From Nitrospirota bacterium (GTDB lineage: Bacteria; Nitrospinota_A; UBA7883), in NCBI GenBank assembly GCA_024275315.1, contig JAJRZK010000012.1, positions 1,869-65,868 on the forward strand: 64,000 nucleotides of DNA, given 5' to 3'. Position numbers and translations under genes: made by a program. Under the pieces are notes generated by a model that saw nothing but the letters and a program-made list of their open reading frames with translations, was not told where the DNA came from and searched no databases. This document shows positions 1 to 8,297 of this stretch, one piece after another (the first letter of the stretch is position 1; each line of letters begins with the position of its first letter).

Positions 1-601
1 CATCGTAAATCTGTCTTGCGAAAAACCGAACGAAATTTTCTGAGGGCTGATCCAATTCCTGGATAAGAATCTTCTTTATTGATCCTGTGTATTTAAGTTT
101 GCTGGCGGTTGTCAGGATTTCATCAAGTGAAAAAGATGTTTTTGTAAATTTTTTTAATTCATTAACCTGATGATCTTCAAAATCAAGGAAGTTGAATTCA
201 AAAAACGGTTTTGTATCCATTTTATTTTTTTCGTCGATATCCGAATAGAATTCGTACTTAATTCCATTTGTCAGAATAGCGAAACGCGCTTCTGTAGCCG
301 TGAAGTATCTGTGCAATTGCGACATATGGTCTTGCCTTAAATCGGAATGGGCGCTTTTACATTCAATTAAGATAATAATCTTGCCGTCTTTTTTTATCGC
401 ATAATCGACCTTCTCTCCTTTTTTCGTGCCTATGTCTGCTGTAAATTCCGGGATGACCTCTAAAGGATTAAAAACGTCGTAGCCGAGTGCGCTTATAAGA
501 GGCATAATAAAAGCGTTTTTTGTCGCCTCTTCAGTTTGTATATACTCCTTTTGTTTTAGGATTCGTGCAGACAACTCCTTTATATGATCAATTAGATCCA
601 T
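1..601 (-). CDS. HsdR_N / Mrr-like restriction-endonuclease N-terminal domain protein (N-terminal ~200 aa only; gene continues left of the window)
   Basis: Not in the ORF track because it runs off the window. My own translation from ATG at complement(599..601): MDLIDHIKELSARILKQKEYIQTEEATKNAFIMPLISALGYDVFNPLEVIPEFTADIGTKKGEKVDYAIKKDGKIIILIECKSAHSDL... The D...(I/L)ECK core is a PD-(D/E)xK pattern typical of type I restriction R-subunit N-terminal domains. The frame is open to position 1. Low G+C. Confidence 0.6.
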   Translation of the reverse strand, partial: MDLIDHIKELSARILKQKEYIQTEEATKNAFIMPLISALGYDVFNPLEVIPEFTADIGTKKGEKVDYAIKKDGKIIILIECKSAHSDLRQDHMSQLHRYFTATEARFAILTNGIKYEFYSDIDEKNKMDTKPFFEFNFLDFEDHQVNELKKFTKTSFSLDEILTTASKLKYTGSIKKILIQELDQPSENFVRFFARQIYD

Positions 602-834
602 GATTCCTTGCCCTCCTGATTATTTCCACCCCAACGGAATATCTTTAAATATTGTATCTAACATATTTATACTTTTGAATCAATTACCGCTACTGCTTTT
701 GTAGACTGTATTTTGATTGTGATTTGAGAAGGATGACGTTGGAATTACGCTGAGTTGGCCGGAGCTTCGGCGCTGTTTCGCAATGACTCAATCCCGTCCT
801 CTTAGAGGAAATGGGGCTTGCGTAGCCGGGGTGG

Positions 835-1308
835 CTATATAAGGTGGCTTACGATGTAATGGTCGCCATATTTTTCTATGTTGTCGAGCGTGGTCTCGCT
901 GTCGTCGAGGTGCCGCTCCTCGTCTTGCAGAATACTTTCAAGCAACAGCCTGGAGCCGTTGTCCATTTCCTCGTAGCAAAGCCGGATACCCTGGTTGAGC
1001 CGTTCGATGGCCCTGATTTCGATATCTATGTTCAGCTTCAGGATATCGACGATCTCCGTCATCGGAGGCGCCGGGACATCGTGCTTGTCATACCGGACGG
1101 TGGCGCCGAGGAACAGAATCCGCTCTGCCAGCGATTCGGCGTGTTTCATCTCCTCCAGCGCGTCCTGCTTGAGCTTTTCGGCAAACTTGCCCACACCGGC
1201 GTCGGCCATCTTGGTGTGCTGGTCCATGTATATGCCTACAGCCCCTATTTCGCTGGTGTAAACAGAAGTTAGCAACTCTACAACCTTATCGCTCGATTTT
1301 ATGGGCAT
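835..1308 (-). CDS. bfr: bacterioferritin-like ferritin-family protein
   Basis: 157 aa. The motifs EEMKHAESLAERILFLG and ILQDEERHLDD align with the di-iron ligand helices of bacterioferritin (DEMKHAD..IERILFLEG, ILRDEEGHIDW). Confidence 0.8.
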   Translation of the reverse strand: MPIKSSDKVVELLTSVYTSEIGAVGIYMDQHTKMADAGVGKFAEKLKQDALEEMKHAESLAERILFLGATVRYDKHDVPAPPMTEIVDILKLNIDIEIRAIERLNQGIRLCYEEMDNGSRLLLESILQDEERHLDDSETTLDNIEKYGDHYIVSHLI

Positions 1309-1456
1309 GAGTGAATTTCCTTAATTTACCTGGTTACAATTCCTGTGAAGGCCATGAACTGGCGCTTTTCAACTCATTATGGTATTGTACAACTCTGGAA
1401 AGTATCAGGCAATGCCTGCAGGCCCCAAAGCCTACAGGCAAAGCCTGGAGGGGGCG

Positions 1457-1777
1457 TTAGGTCTGGATATGGACCGCGAAGGCCACGAGCTCTTCCGTTG
1501 CGCGGATGCCTCTGGTCTGGTCCTTATCCACGAAAATCATGCTTCCGGCGGAGACTTCGCGTTCTTCTCCTTCGACGGTCATTACCCCTTTGCCGCTTAC
1601 GATATAGAACACACCGGTGCCGCTGGCGTGGGGCGGTATGAACTGTCCCTCTTTCATACAGATCAACGGTGTTTTGTACACTCCGTTGGCCCGCATGATC
1701 TGGGGAATGAACATTTCGTTAAATTTAACCTTTTCGTTCAGGTCGATTACTTCCAATTTCCTTTTTTCCTTGTTCAT
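1457..1777 (-). CDS. cupin domain protein
   Basis: 106 aa with the cupin pattern G..IPPHASGTGVFYIVSGKG...EGEE..V..G..IFV. Confidence 0.7.
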   Translation of the reverse strand: MNKEKRKLEVIDLNEKVKFNEMFIPQIMRANGVYKTPLICMKEGQFIPPHASGTGVFYIVSGKGVMTVEGEEREVSAGSMIFVDKDQTRGIRATEELVAFAVHIQT

Positions 1778-1908
1778 CCAGCAATTATTTACTTGAATTA
1801 TGTACTAAGCAAGTATCGGGCCAAAATGGTGATGAGCGATAAAAATGTTCGTGCGGCGTTCTGCGTGTTGTCAGGGACGACAAAAAAAGGATTGCGCCCG
1901 GCTGGGAC

Positions 1909-1980
1909 CCGGGATCGGGCCAGCGTCCGGGATCGGGCCAGCGTCCGGGATCGGGTCGGCGCCCGGGATCGGGTCAGCGG
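1909..1980. repeat. 18-bp tandem repeat, 4 copies (ccgggatcgggccagcgt)
   Basis: Copies at 1909-1926, 1927-1944, 1945-1962 and 1963-1980. The last copy contains the nnr stop codon (complement 1974-1976). Confidence 0.9.
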
Positions 1981-3527
1981 GTCAGTTTTGTTATCACTTC
2001 CGGCAGGATATCCAGCAGGTCCGTGGGGATAAGGCTACGGGGATCATGCTTTTCTGCGTATATGTCGGCGCACATGCCATGCATGAAAACCGAAGCGATG
2101 GCCGCGTCCTCCGGGTGAGCCCCCTGGCAAAGCACCCCGGCGATCATCCCTGCCAGCACGTCTCCGGAACCTCCTGTGGCAAGGCCGTTGTTGCCGGTAT
2201 GGTTGATATACGCTTCGCCGTTTGGCGTGGCTATGACAGTCCCGGCGCCCTTGAGCGCCACCACCGCCCCGGTGAGCCTGGAGTAGGCCGAGGCCACGCC
2301 GATCCTGTCCGCCTGGACATCGGCCGTAGCCATTCCCGCCAGGGTACCCATCTCGCCCGGGTGTGGCGTGATTATGGTCGGGGCGTTACGGTTTTTTATC
2401 AGGTCATTGTCTGTTCCGACACAGTTGAGCCCGTCTGCGTCGATGACCATGGGCAGGTCAAGAGAGCTGATTACGGTGTGGACGAATTCGCGGGTTGATT
2501 CATTCCTGGTCAGGCCCGGCCCTATCAACACTGCGGTTTTGTCCTTTGCGAACCCGATGAACTTTTCAGCCGCTTCGCTCGCGACGCTTCCCGCTTCTGT
2601 CTGGGGCAGGGGGATGGCCATCATTTCCGGGAGACCGGTTTCAAAAGCTACGACCAGGCTTTCCGGAACACACGCCGTCACCAGGCCTGATCCCATGCGT
2701 ATGGCCCCGGCCCCCGCCATGGCCACGGCGCCACCCATACCGGTCGATCCGCAGGCCATCGCCAGGTGGCCGAACTGGCCCTTGTGCCAGTCCCAGTGCC
2801 GTGGCGGCAGGATCAGGGGTATGTCCCCGTTTTCGACCAAGTATGCGGCGCAGGGTGAATCCTTACTCACCGTTTCCGGTATGGAGATGTCGGCGATAAT
2901 AAGGTTCCCGACGAAATTTCTAGCAGGCGATGTGACAAGACCAAGCTTGGGCAAGCCGAACGTGACCGTTACATCGGCCTTGAAACATACCCCCGGCGTC
3001 ACGCCGGAATCGGAGTCGACCCCGGACGGCACATCCACGGCCACCTTGAAAGACCCGTACTGGTTCATAAGCTCGATGAGATCCGTCAATACGCCACTGG
3101 GAGCGGAGTTCAGGCCTGTCCCCAAAAGAGCGTCGACCACAACCGTGGTGTGCATGATTTTCAGTTTGAAATTCTGGAGATGTTTTCGTTCGGTAATTTC
3201 TTTGACCCGGCCGCCCATGTTTATAAAAGCGTCCATGTTTATCCTGGCGTCTCCCGCGACGTCGGATTTTTTGGCCGCGAGAAACACCGTCGGGTCGGCG
3301 CCCATGTTGTAAAGATGGCGCGCTGTCACAAACCCGTCACCGCCGTTGTTCCCCTTTCCCGCAAAAACGCTGACCTTCAGACCGGCCATGTCCTGATAAT
3401 TTTCCTGGATCGCGCGTGTAACCGCCAGCCCGGCGTTTTCCATCAGCGCAATTGATGGTACCCCGATTTTTTCGATGGTGATCTTGTCGATGCGGCGCAT
3501 CTGTTCGGATGTTACGATTTTTATCAA
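1974..3527 (-). CDS. nnr: bifunctional NAD(P)H-hydrate repair enzyme (epimerase + ADP-dependent dehydratase)
   Basis: 517 aa. N-terminal YjeF_N pattern (GKGNNGGDGFV) and C-terminal carbohydrate-kinase pattern (GPGL..., TGGSGDVLAG). Confidence 0.9.
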   Translation of the reverse strand: MIKIVTSEQMRRIDKITIEKIGVPSIALMENAGLAVTRAIQENYQDMAGLKVSVFAGKGNNGGDGFVTARHLYNMGADPTVFLAAKKSDVAGDARINMDAFINMGGRVKEITERKHLQNFKLKIMHTTVVVDALLGTGLNSAPSGVLTDLIELMNQYGSFKVAVDVPSGVDSDSGVTPGVCFKADVTVTFGLPKLGLVTSPARNFVGNLIIADISIPETVSKDSPCAAYLVENGDIPLILPPRHWDWHKGQFGHLAMACGSTGMGGAVAMAGAGAIRMGSGLVTACVPESLVVAFETGLPEMMAIPLPQTEAGSVASEAAEKFIGFAKDKTAVLIGPGLTRNESTREFVHTVISSLDLPMVIDADGLNCVGTDNDLIKNRNAPTIITPHPGEMGTLAGMATADVQADRIGVASAYSRLTGAVVALKGAGTVIATPNGEAYINHTGNNGLATGGSGDVLAGMIAGVLCQGAHPEDAAIASVFMHGMCADIYAEKHDPRSLIPTDLLDILPEVITKLTR

Positions 3528-3581
3528 GGTCGCACCTTTTTGGCGGTTGAGGCGCGGTTTCGATTCGCCGCGCCGTCGGGG

Positions 3582-5879
3582 TTAGTCGGAGTTTTTCAGG
3601 TTGAAATATTCGCTGAGCTTTTTTTCTATCTCCCCGAGCAGAAATTTAAGCTCGACCACCTGTTCCCCGGCTTTTTCGATCGTTTTTTCCTCATCGGTAA
3701 GAGCCGCCACCTTCGCGCTGATGTCTTCGGCCATGACGTCGAGGTCTGCAAGTCTTTTTTCCGTGCGGGTGATGATGGTCATGCGGGAGGTAAGCTCGTC
3801 GATCTTCGATTCTCGTTCCTCGATCATTTCGTTGACACTGTTGATCCTGCCGATGATGTTTTTGAATCCTTCCTTGTCCTGCTCCATCTGCTGGCGGTAC
3901 GCGTGGACCTCCTGCATCACCGACCGAAGGCCCGCCACCTCTTCGGATGATTGCTTGATGTAGTCCTCCTTTTCCTTGAAAGCGATGATTTTTTCATCAA
4001 TGGAGCTGTGGAGAGAAGAGAGGAACGTGAGTTTTTTCTCTATTTCAGTGATACGGTCCTCCTGTTCCCTGATTCCGTTGATTCGTTTCTCCACATTTTC
4101 GATTTTCCGGTCGAGCTCGTCGTATCGCTTCACGATCATGTCGCTTTTTTCGGAGATGGAATCGGCCTTGGCGAGCTGGTCCTGTATCAGATCGAGAGCG
4201 GGGTTGATTTCTTTACGGATGTCGTTGATCTGTTCCAGCACCCGGTGGCCATGTTCTATGTCTTTTAGTTTTGTGTTTATTTTTTCTTCTGTCCTGGTGA
4301 TGGAGCCGAACAGCGAGTTGAGCCGCTCCTCGATGGCGTCTACCTCCGCCTTTTCCTTGGCGATGTCCAGTATTCTGTTATCCACCGATTGGGCCATCTG
4401 GCGGAAGCTTTCTATTTTCTTGTCCAGCTCCTCGACGAAGTTTACCTTTTTGGACAGCTTGTCTATCTTTATGTCCGCGTCTTCGATGAAATAGTTCAGG
4501 CCATCCAGTTTTTTCTCAAGTTTTTCGACCAGCCCTCTTCGTTCGAGCTGGCTTTCCATCTTCACATCGAGGTTGAGCACCATGTCGTTTATATCGTTAA
4601 TTTTCTTTTCAACCTGGTCCACCATGCCCTTGCGATGACCCAACTCCTCCATCCGTGCGGAGATGGCGTCTTGCATCTGCCGCATCTGGGAAAGCCGCGA
4701 CTCCACCTCGTCGGCTATTTTCAGGTCTTCTTTGAAGGTTTTTAGCTTCTTGTCTATTTCCTCGTGGGACTCGTAGAACTTGTCGATATTTTCCAGGGCG
4801 GAGTCTATCGACACCAGGTTGTCCTGGGCCATGCGCATCTTGGCTTCGATGGTTTCGCTTATAAAAATGTTGAGCTCGTTGACCTTCGCTTCGATCCGCT
4901 CGACATTGGATTTCTCTTCCGACAGACGGGCGATGTTTCCCTCTATATCGGAGGACAGCTTGTCCAGCTTTGCAAGCCTTTCAGTCAGCTCTTTTATCTG
5001 GCCTTCCTTGGATATGACATTTCGCGATTCTACTTTCAGTTCGTTAACGCTTTTCAAAAGCCCGGAAACCTCGGCCCTGGTTTCGGTCACCATCGCGCTC
5101 TGGTTGATCAGGTTTTCCATGGAGTCCTGCATCGACTGGATCATGTCGTGGCTGCGCCTGGCCTCGGAGGTGAGAGTCTCCACCGCACGCTTGTGAGCGC
5201 CGAGAGATTGCATCTTATCCTCGGTGTCGCGGAGCATCCTGGTGAACGATTCTGATTTTTCATCGGTTTCCGACATGAGCTTCTTGAATTGCGTTATGCT
5301 CTCCATCCTGTCGGATATCTTGTCGAGCATGCTTTCAAGCCGTAGTATGTTTTTTTCCGATTTTTTGACGAGCTTGTTTTCTTCGTGGAGTCTTTTAACC
5401 CGCGATTCCATATCCCAGAACAGGACGTTGAGCTTGCCCGCTTCTTCGTTGGCGCGTTCTACCAGCACCCGTTGGAGTGACAGGTTTTTTATCTTGGAGT
5501 TGATCCTTTCGACGAGCAGGTGGACAGAGTCGATGTCTTTTTTGTATTGATCGATCCGGCTGATCGCGTCTTCAGAACTGGCGCTGATCTCGTTTATGGA
5601 TTGGCCGATTTTTTTCAGTTCCGCTATTTCGTCGCTGATGCGGGAAGATTCCTCGCGCAGGCCGGGAAGTTTTTTTTCTATATCTTTGAACAACTCGACA
5701 TTGTTGGCGAGGGTCTCCTGGTTCTTGGTGAGATATTCGACGAGGAGTTGCATGCTTTTGCGCTCCTTGGCCGCCTCGGCGAGCATCTCCTTCATGTCGT
5801 CGATTTCCTTTTTGGAGTAGTCATGGCTCTCCTGGTTCGCTTGTTGCCTGTTGTCTTGCTTTTGCATGGGGTCGGCCAT
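3582..5879 (-). CDS. large coiled-coil protein, function unknown
   Basis: 765 aa, E/K/L/I/S-rich, and almost free of Pro/Gly for about 700 aa, with heptad-like periodicity. The many '+'-strand ORFs across 3540-5951 are antisense shadows of this low-complexity gene. Confidence 0.7.
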   Translation of the reverse strand: MADPMQKQDNRQQANQESHDYSKKEIDDMKEMLAEAAKERKSMQLLVEYLTKNQETLANNVELFKDIEKKLPGLREESSRISDEIAELKKIGQSINEISASSEDAISRIDQYKKDIDSVHLLVERINSKIKNLSLQRVLVERANEEAGKLNVLFWDMESRVKRLHEENKLVKKSEKNILRLESMLDKISDRMESITQFKKLMSETDEKSESFTRMLRDTEDKMQSLGAHKRAVETLTSEARRSHDMIQSMQDSMENLINQSAMVTETRAEVSGLLKSVNELKVESRNVISKEGQIKELTERLAKLDKLSSDIEGNIARLSEEKSNVERIEAKVNELNIFISETIEAKMRMAQDNLVSIDSALENIDKFYESHEEIDKKLKTFKEDLKIADEVESRLSQMRQMQDAISARMEELGHRKGMVDQVEKKINDINDMVLNLDVKMESQLERRGLVEKLEKKLDGLNYFIEDADIKIDKLSKKVNFVEELDKKIESFRQMAQSVDNRILDIAKEKAEVDAIEERLNSLFGSITRTEEKINTKLKDIEHGHRVLEQINDIRKEINPALDLIQDQLAKADSISEKSDMIVKRYDELDRKIENVEKRINGIREQEDRITEIEKKLTFLSSLHSSIDEKIIAFKEKEDYIKQSSEEVAGLRSVMQEVHAYRQQMEQDKEGFKNIIGRINSVNEMIEERESKIDELTSRMTIITRTEKRLADLDVMAEDISAKVAALTDEEKTIEKAGEQVVELKFLLGEIEKKLSEYFNLKNSD

Positions 5880-5980
5880 GAAAACCCTCCTGGATACCGT
5901 TGGTTGTTAAAGAGTCAACTTGTTGGATTGTTGCGCGTTTCTTTTTTGTAATTAAATCGGGATATCCATAAAAAGTCAAG

Positions 5981-6214
5981 GTTAAATGGGGACGCCGGAA
6001 GCCTGTGGCGGATGAATTGTTTCATTTTGAACCTTCTCTTCTCGTTCACCGGATTTTGTTGTGGTGGATGTTTCGCCGCGATAGAGTAAAACATGATTTT
6101 GGCTTTGCGCACCGGTGGTTTGTTGTGACGCGAAACATTACAGACGCAGGCTTCTGTAAAGCGGTTGGCGTGGGTTGGCCGCGTTGACCGGTCCAAAATG
6201 AGCGCGTTTTTTTG
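5981..6214 (+). ncRNA. candidate small transcript (sRNA, or mRNA of the 60-aa ORF 6005..6187)
   Basis: It is bracketed by a sigma70-like promoter (TTGTAA 5946-5951, 17-nt spacer, TAAAAA 5969-5974) and a hairpin + T7 terminator (6181-6214). Internal perfect stems: 5978-5988/6023-6035, 6068-6073/6089-6094, 6139-6145/6154-6160. No expression data. Confidence 0.2.
6181..6214 (+). terminator. candidate intrinsic terminator (weak stem, T7 tail)
   Basis: CGCGTT (6181-6186) pairs with AGCGCG (6202-6207, one G-U pair) and is followed by seven T residues (6208-6214). No annotated '+' gene lies upstream. Confidence 0.4.
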
Positions 6215-6215
6215 T

Positions 6216-6244
6216 TGAATTGAATTTAAAACTCTGGTTAAATC
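6216..6244 (+). promoter_or_regulatory. candidate sigma70-type promoter of the HU gene
   Basis: TTGAAT (6216-6221), 17-nt spacer, TTAAAT (6239-6244). GGGGGAG Shine-Dalgarno at 6293-6299 before ATG 6306. Confidence 0.4.
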
Positions 6245-6305
6245 TTGCAACCTTTTAAGTTATCTGAGTACGAAATCAATCTAACGCTCTAGGGGGAGTA
6301 ACAAG

Positions 6306-6602
6306 ATGGCAAAAAAACCGATGACCAAATCACAGATTGCAGATCACATCGCATCCAACGCTGATATTACGAAAAAACTGGCTGTGCAGATCCTAGAGGA
6401 TATAGCGCAATTGGCTTATAAAGAAGCGAAGGTTGGTTTTACGCTGCCAGGTCTGGGCAAGCTGGTGCTGGTTAACCGCAAGGCGCGCAAAGGGCGCAAT
6501 CCGCAGACTGGCGAAGAGATAAAAATTCCGGCCAAAAAAGTTGTCAAGTTCCGTGTGGCGAAAGCCTGCAAGGACGCCGTGATCGCCCCGAAGAAGAAAT
6601 AA
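6306..6602 (+). CDS. hup: HU/IHF-family nucleoid-associated DNA-binding protein
   Basis: 98 aa with the characteristic F..PG.GK....R.AR.GRNP.TGE.I.I.A...V.F arm motif. Confidence 0.9.
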   Translation: MAKKPMTKSQIADHIASNADITKKLAVQILEDIAQLAYKEAKVGFTLPGLGKLVLVNRKARKGRNPQTGEEIKIPAKKVVKFRVAKACKDAVIAPKKK

Positions 6603-6843
6603 CCGGGTATCGTAATCTTCTACTCGCCGCAGATGTGTTGACTGGGCTTTCCCGCAGTTTGATCGTTTGGTAATGGTAAGAATGTGGGGAAACCCGGTCA
6701 AATCTTCCGCCAGTTAATCGGAGGGTCCCGGACAGGGGGTCGGCCCCGGGTGCGTTCCTTTTGCGACCGGAATTGTAAAGCCTGAGTTTATGTTTGCGCT
6801 CGGCTTGTGGTGTTGTTCGCACCGCAAGCCAAAGGTTGCGCGG

Positions 6844-7254
6844 TTATTTCCCTTTTTTCCTGGTGGTGCTTTTCCTGGCCGATGGCCTGCATATTTTTTC
6901 CAGGATACCCTCGATAAGCTCTATATCCTTGTCGTTGCGTGACGCGAATATGCTTTTGACATCGTCGATCGCGTTGGCCCGGCGCAGGTTCATGGTCCCA
7001 TACACGGGGTTGGTCTCGCGGACCATGGGGAGATCCTCTATCTGGTCTATGGCGATAGCTTTGCCGGTGAGAAGCCAGTCGAGAGAACAGCCTGTGTATC
7101 TATGGATTTTTAACAGATTTTCGTATGTGGGAATCTTCTCTTTTTGCCAGTAATACTGGAAAAGCCCCTTTTCTATCCCCACCTTCCTGGCCCATGTATA
7201 TGGCCTTTCGCCTTTCATGAGCAGTTGCAACCTGTCCTTGAATTTATGTTTCAT
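6844..7254 (-). CDS. CI-repressor-type helix-turn-helix protein
   Basis: 136 aa. WARKVGIEKGLFQYYWQKEKIPTYENLLKIHRYTGCSLDWLLTGK matches the phage CI repressor HTH pattern (...G.S.DWLLTG). Confidence 0.7.
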   Translation of the reverse strand: MKHKFKDRLQLLMKGERPYTWARKVGIEKGLFQYYWQKEKIPTYENLLKIHRYTGCSLDWLLTGKAIAIDQIEDLPMVRETNPVYGTMNLRRANAIDDVKSIFASRNDKDIELIEGILEKICRPSARKSTTRKKGK

Positions 7255-7413
7255 TTCGTTCCTCCTGTATACTGCCTTTTAAGGAAATTCAGCTTGTCCG
7301 GGCGACGCTGTTTTACTCGATACCGTTGTGCTTTACTGCGCTATATTATTGTTAAATCTGAACAATAAGACGGACGTTTGGGTGTTGCCAGCACACGTTA
7401 TATATTAAGAGCA

Positions 7414-7448
7414 TTTTAGATTGCGGTTTGCAATTTTACAATCTAAAA
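7414..7448. promoter_or_regulatory. 10-bp perfect inverted repeat (TTTTAGATTG-N15-CAATCTAAAA) with nested ATTGC/GCAAT
   Basis: Read directly. It lies 49 nt downstream of the fabI stop and 160 nt upstream of the CI-type HTH gene start, so it could be a terminator or an operator. Confidence 0.3.
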
Positions 7449-7496
7449 CTGCCCTGGAGTGTACGTTGAAACAGTTTTATCGTGTATGTGGACAGG

Positions 7497-8297
7497 CTAG
7501 TCTGTCACCGTCCCGGTTATTATGTCCTGGTCAAAATAGTTGATCCCCATGCCGGCGTCCACGATGATTTTCTGCGCCGTTATACCGCTGGAGGCGTCAC
7601 TCAGAAGGAAAAGGGCGGTTTTTGCGGCTTCTTCCGTTTTTACCGCTTTTTTTCTCAAGGTTACCTTCTCTGCGTATATATACGAGTCGATATACCCCGG
7701 GATTCCCGCCGATGCGGATGTTTTCAGGAGGCTGGGGGCGACAGCGTTGAACCGCACCTCTGAAAACTCACTGAAACTTTTCGCCAAAAACGCGAGGGTG
7801 GAATCCAGGGCGGCCTTGATCGGGGCCATGTATCCATAGTTTTGGGCGGCCATTGTAGTGGTGGATATCGATATGGTCACCACCGAGCCCCTTTTATACA
7901 GCAGTGACTTGAAGGCGTTGGATATGGATATCAGGGAGAAACACGATATGTCCATCGCCTCCATGAAATCGCCCCTGTTCGTCTCGTGAAACGGTTTGAC
8001 GCCTTCGGAATAGTTGGCGTAGGCGATGGAGTGGACTATGCCGTGTATGATTGGATGCCTTGCGGCGGTCTCCCTGGCCAGTTTTTCTATGTCCTCGTTG
8101 CGGGAAACATCGCATATGTGCGTTTCGGCTCCGGGAAACAGCTTTTCCACCTCCGATTTTTTCTCTTCGTTGAGCACCGCGAAAACCACCTGTCCGCCTT
8201 CCTTGCGTATCATGTCGGCGATGAAATAGGCCACGGACTTCCGGTTGGCCACACCGAACACCAGGTATGTTTTGTTGTCAAATCCGAGATAGCTCAT
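7497..8297 (-). CDS. fabI: enoyl-[acyl-carrier-protein] reductase, FabI family (SDR)
   Basis: 266 aa. N-terminal (F)GVAN..S(V)A, the Y-x6-K catalytic pattern ([11 protein letters not shown]), and C-terminal G...I.VD.G. It abuts fabZ. Confidence 0.8.
   Translation of the reverse strand: MSYLGFDNKTYLVFGVANRKSVAYFIADMIRKEGGQVVFAVLNEEKKSEVEKLFPGAETHICDVSRNEDIEKLARETAARHPIIHGIVHSIAYANYSEGVKPFHETNRGDFMEAMDISCFSLISISNAFKSLLYKRGSVVTISISTTTMAAQNYGYMAPIKAALDSTLAFLAKSFSEFSEVRFNAVAPSLLKTSASAGIPGYIDSYIYAEKVTLRKKAVKTEEAAKTALFLLSDASSGITAQKIIVDAGMGINYFDQDIITGTVTD

Noticed and set aside
3540-5951. Many 70-170-aa '+'-strand ORFs across the 765-aa coiled-coil gene
   Set aside because: They are antisense shadows of a low-complexity, GA-rich gene. 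Their products are S/F/L-rich nonsense sequences, and they tile each other in several frames.
6802-6830. 11-bp stem hairpin as an intrinsic terminator between the HU gene and the CI-type HTH gene
   Set aside because: The stem is good (one G-U pair), but no U-run follows on either strand. I mention it only as context and do not call it a terminator.
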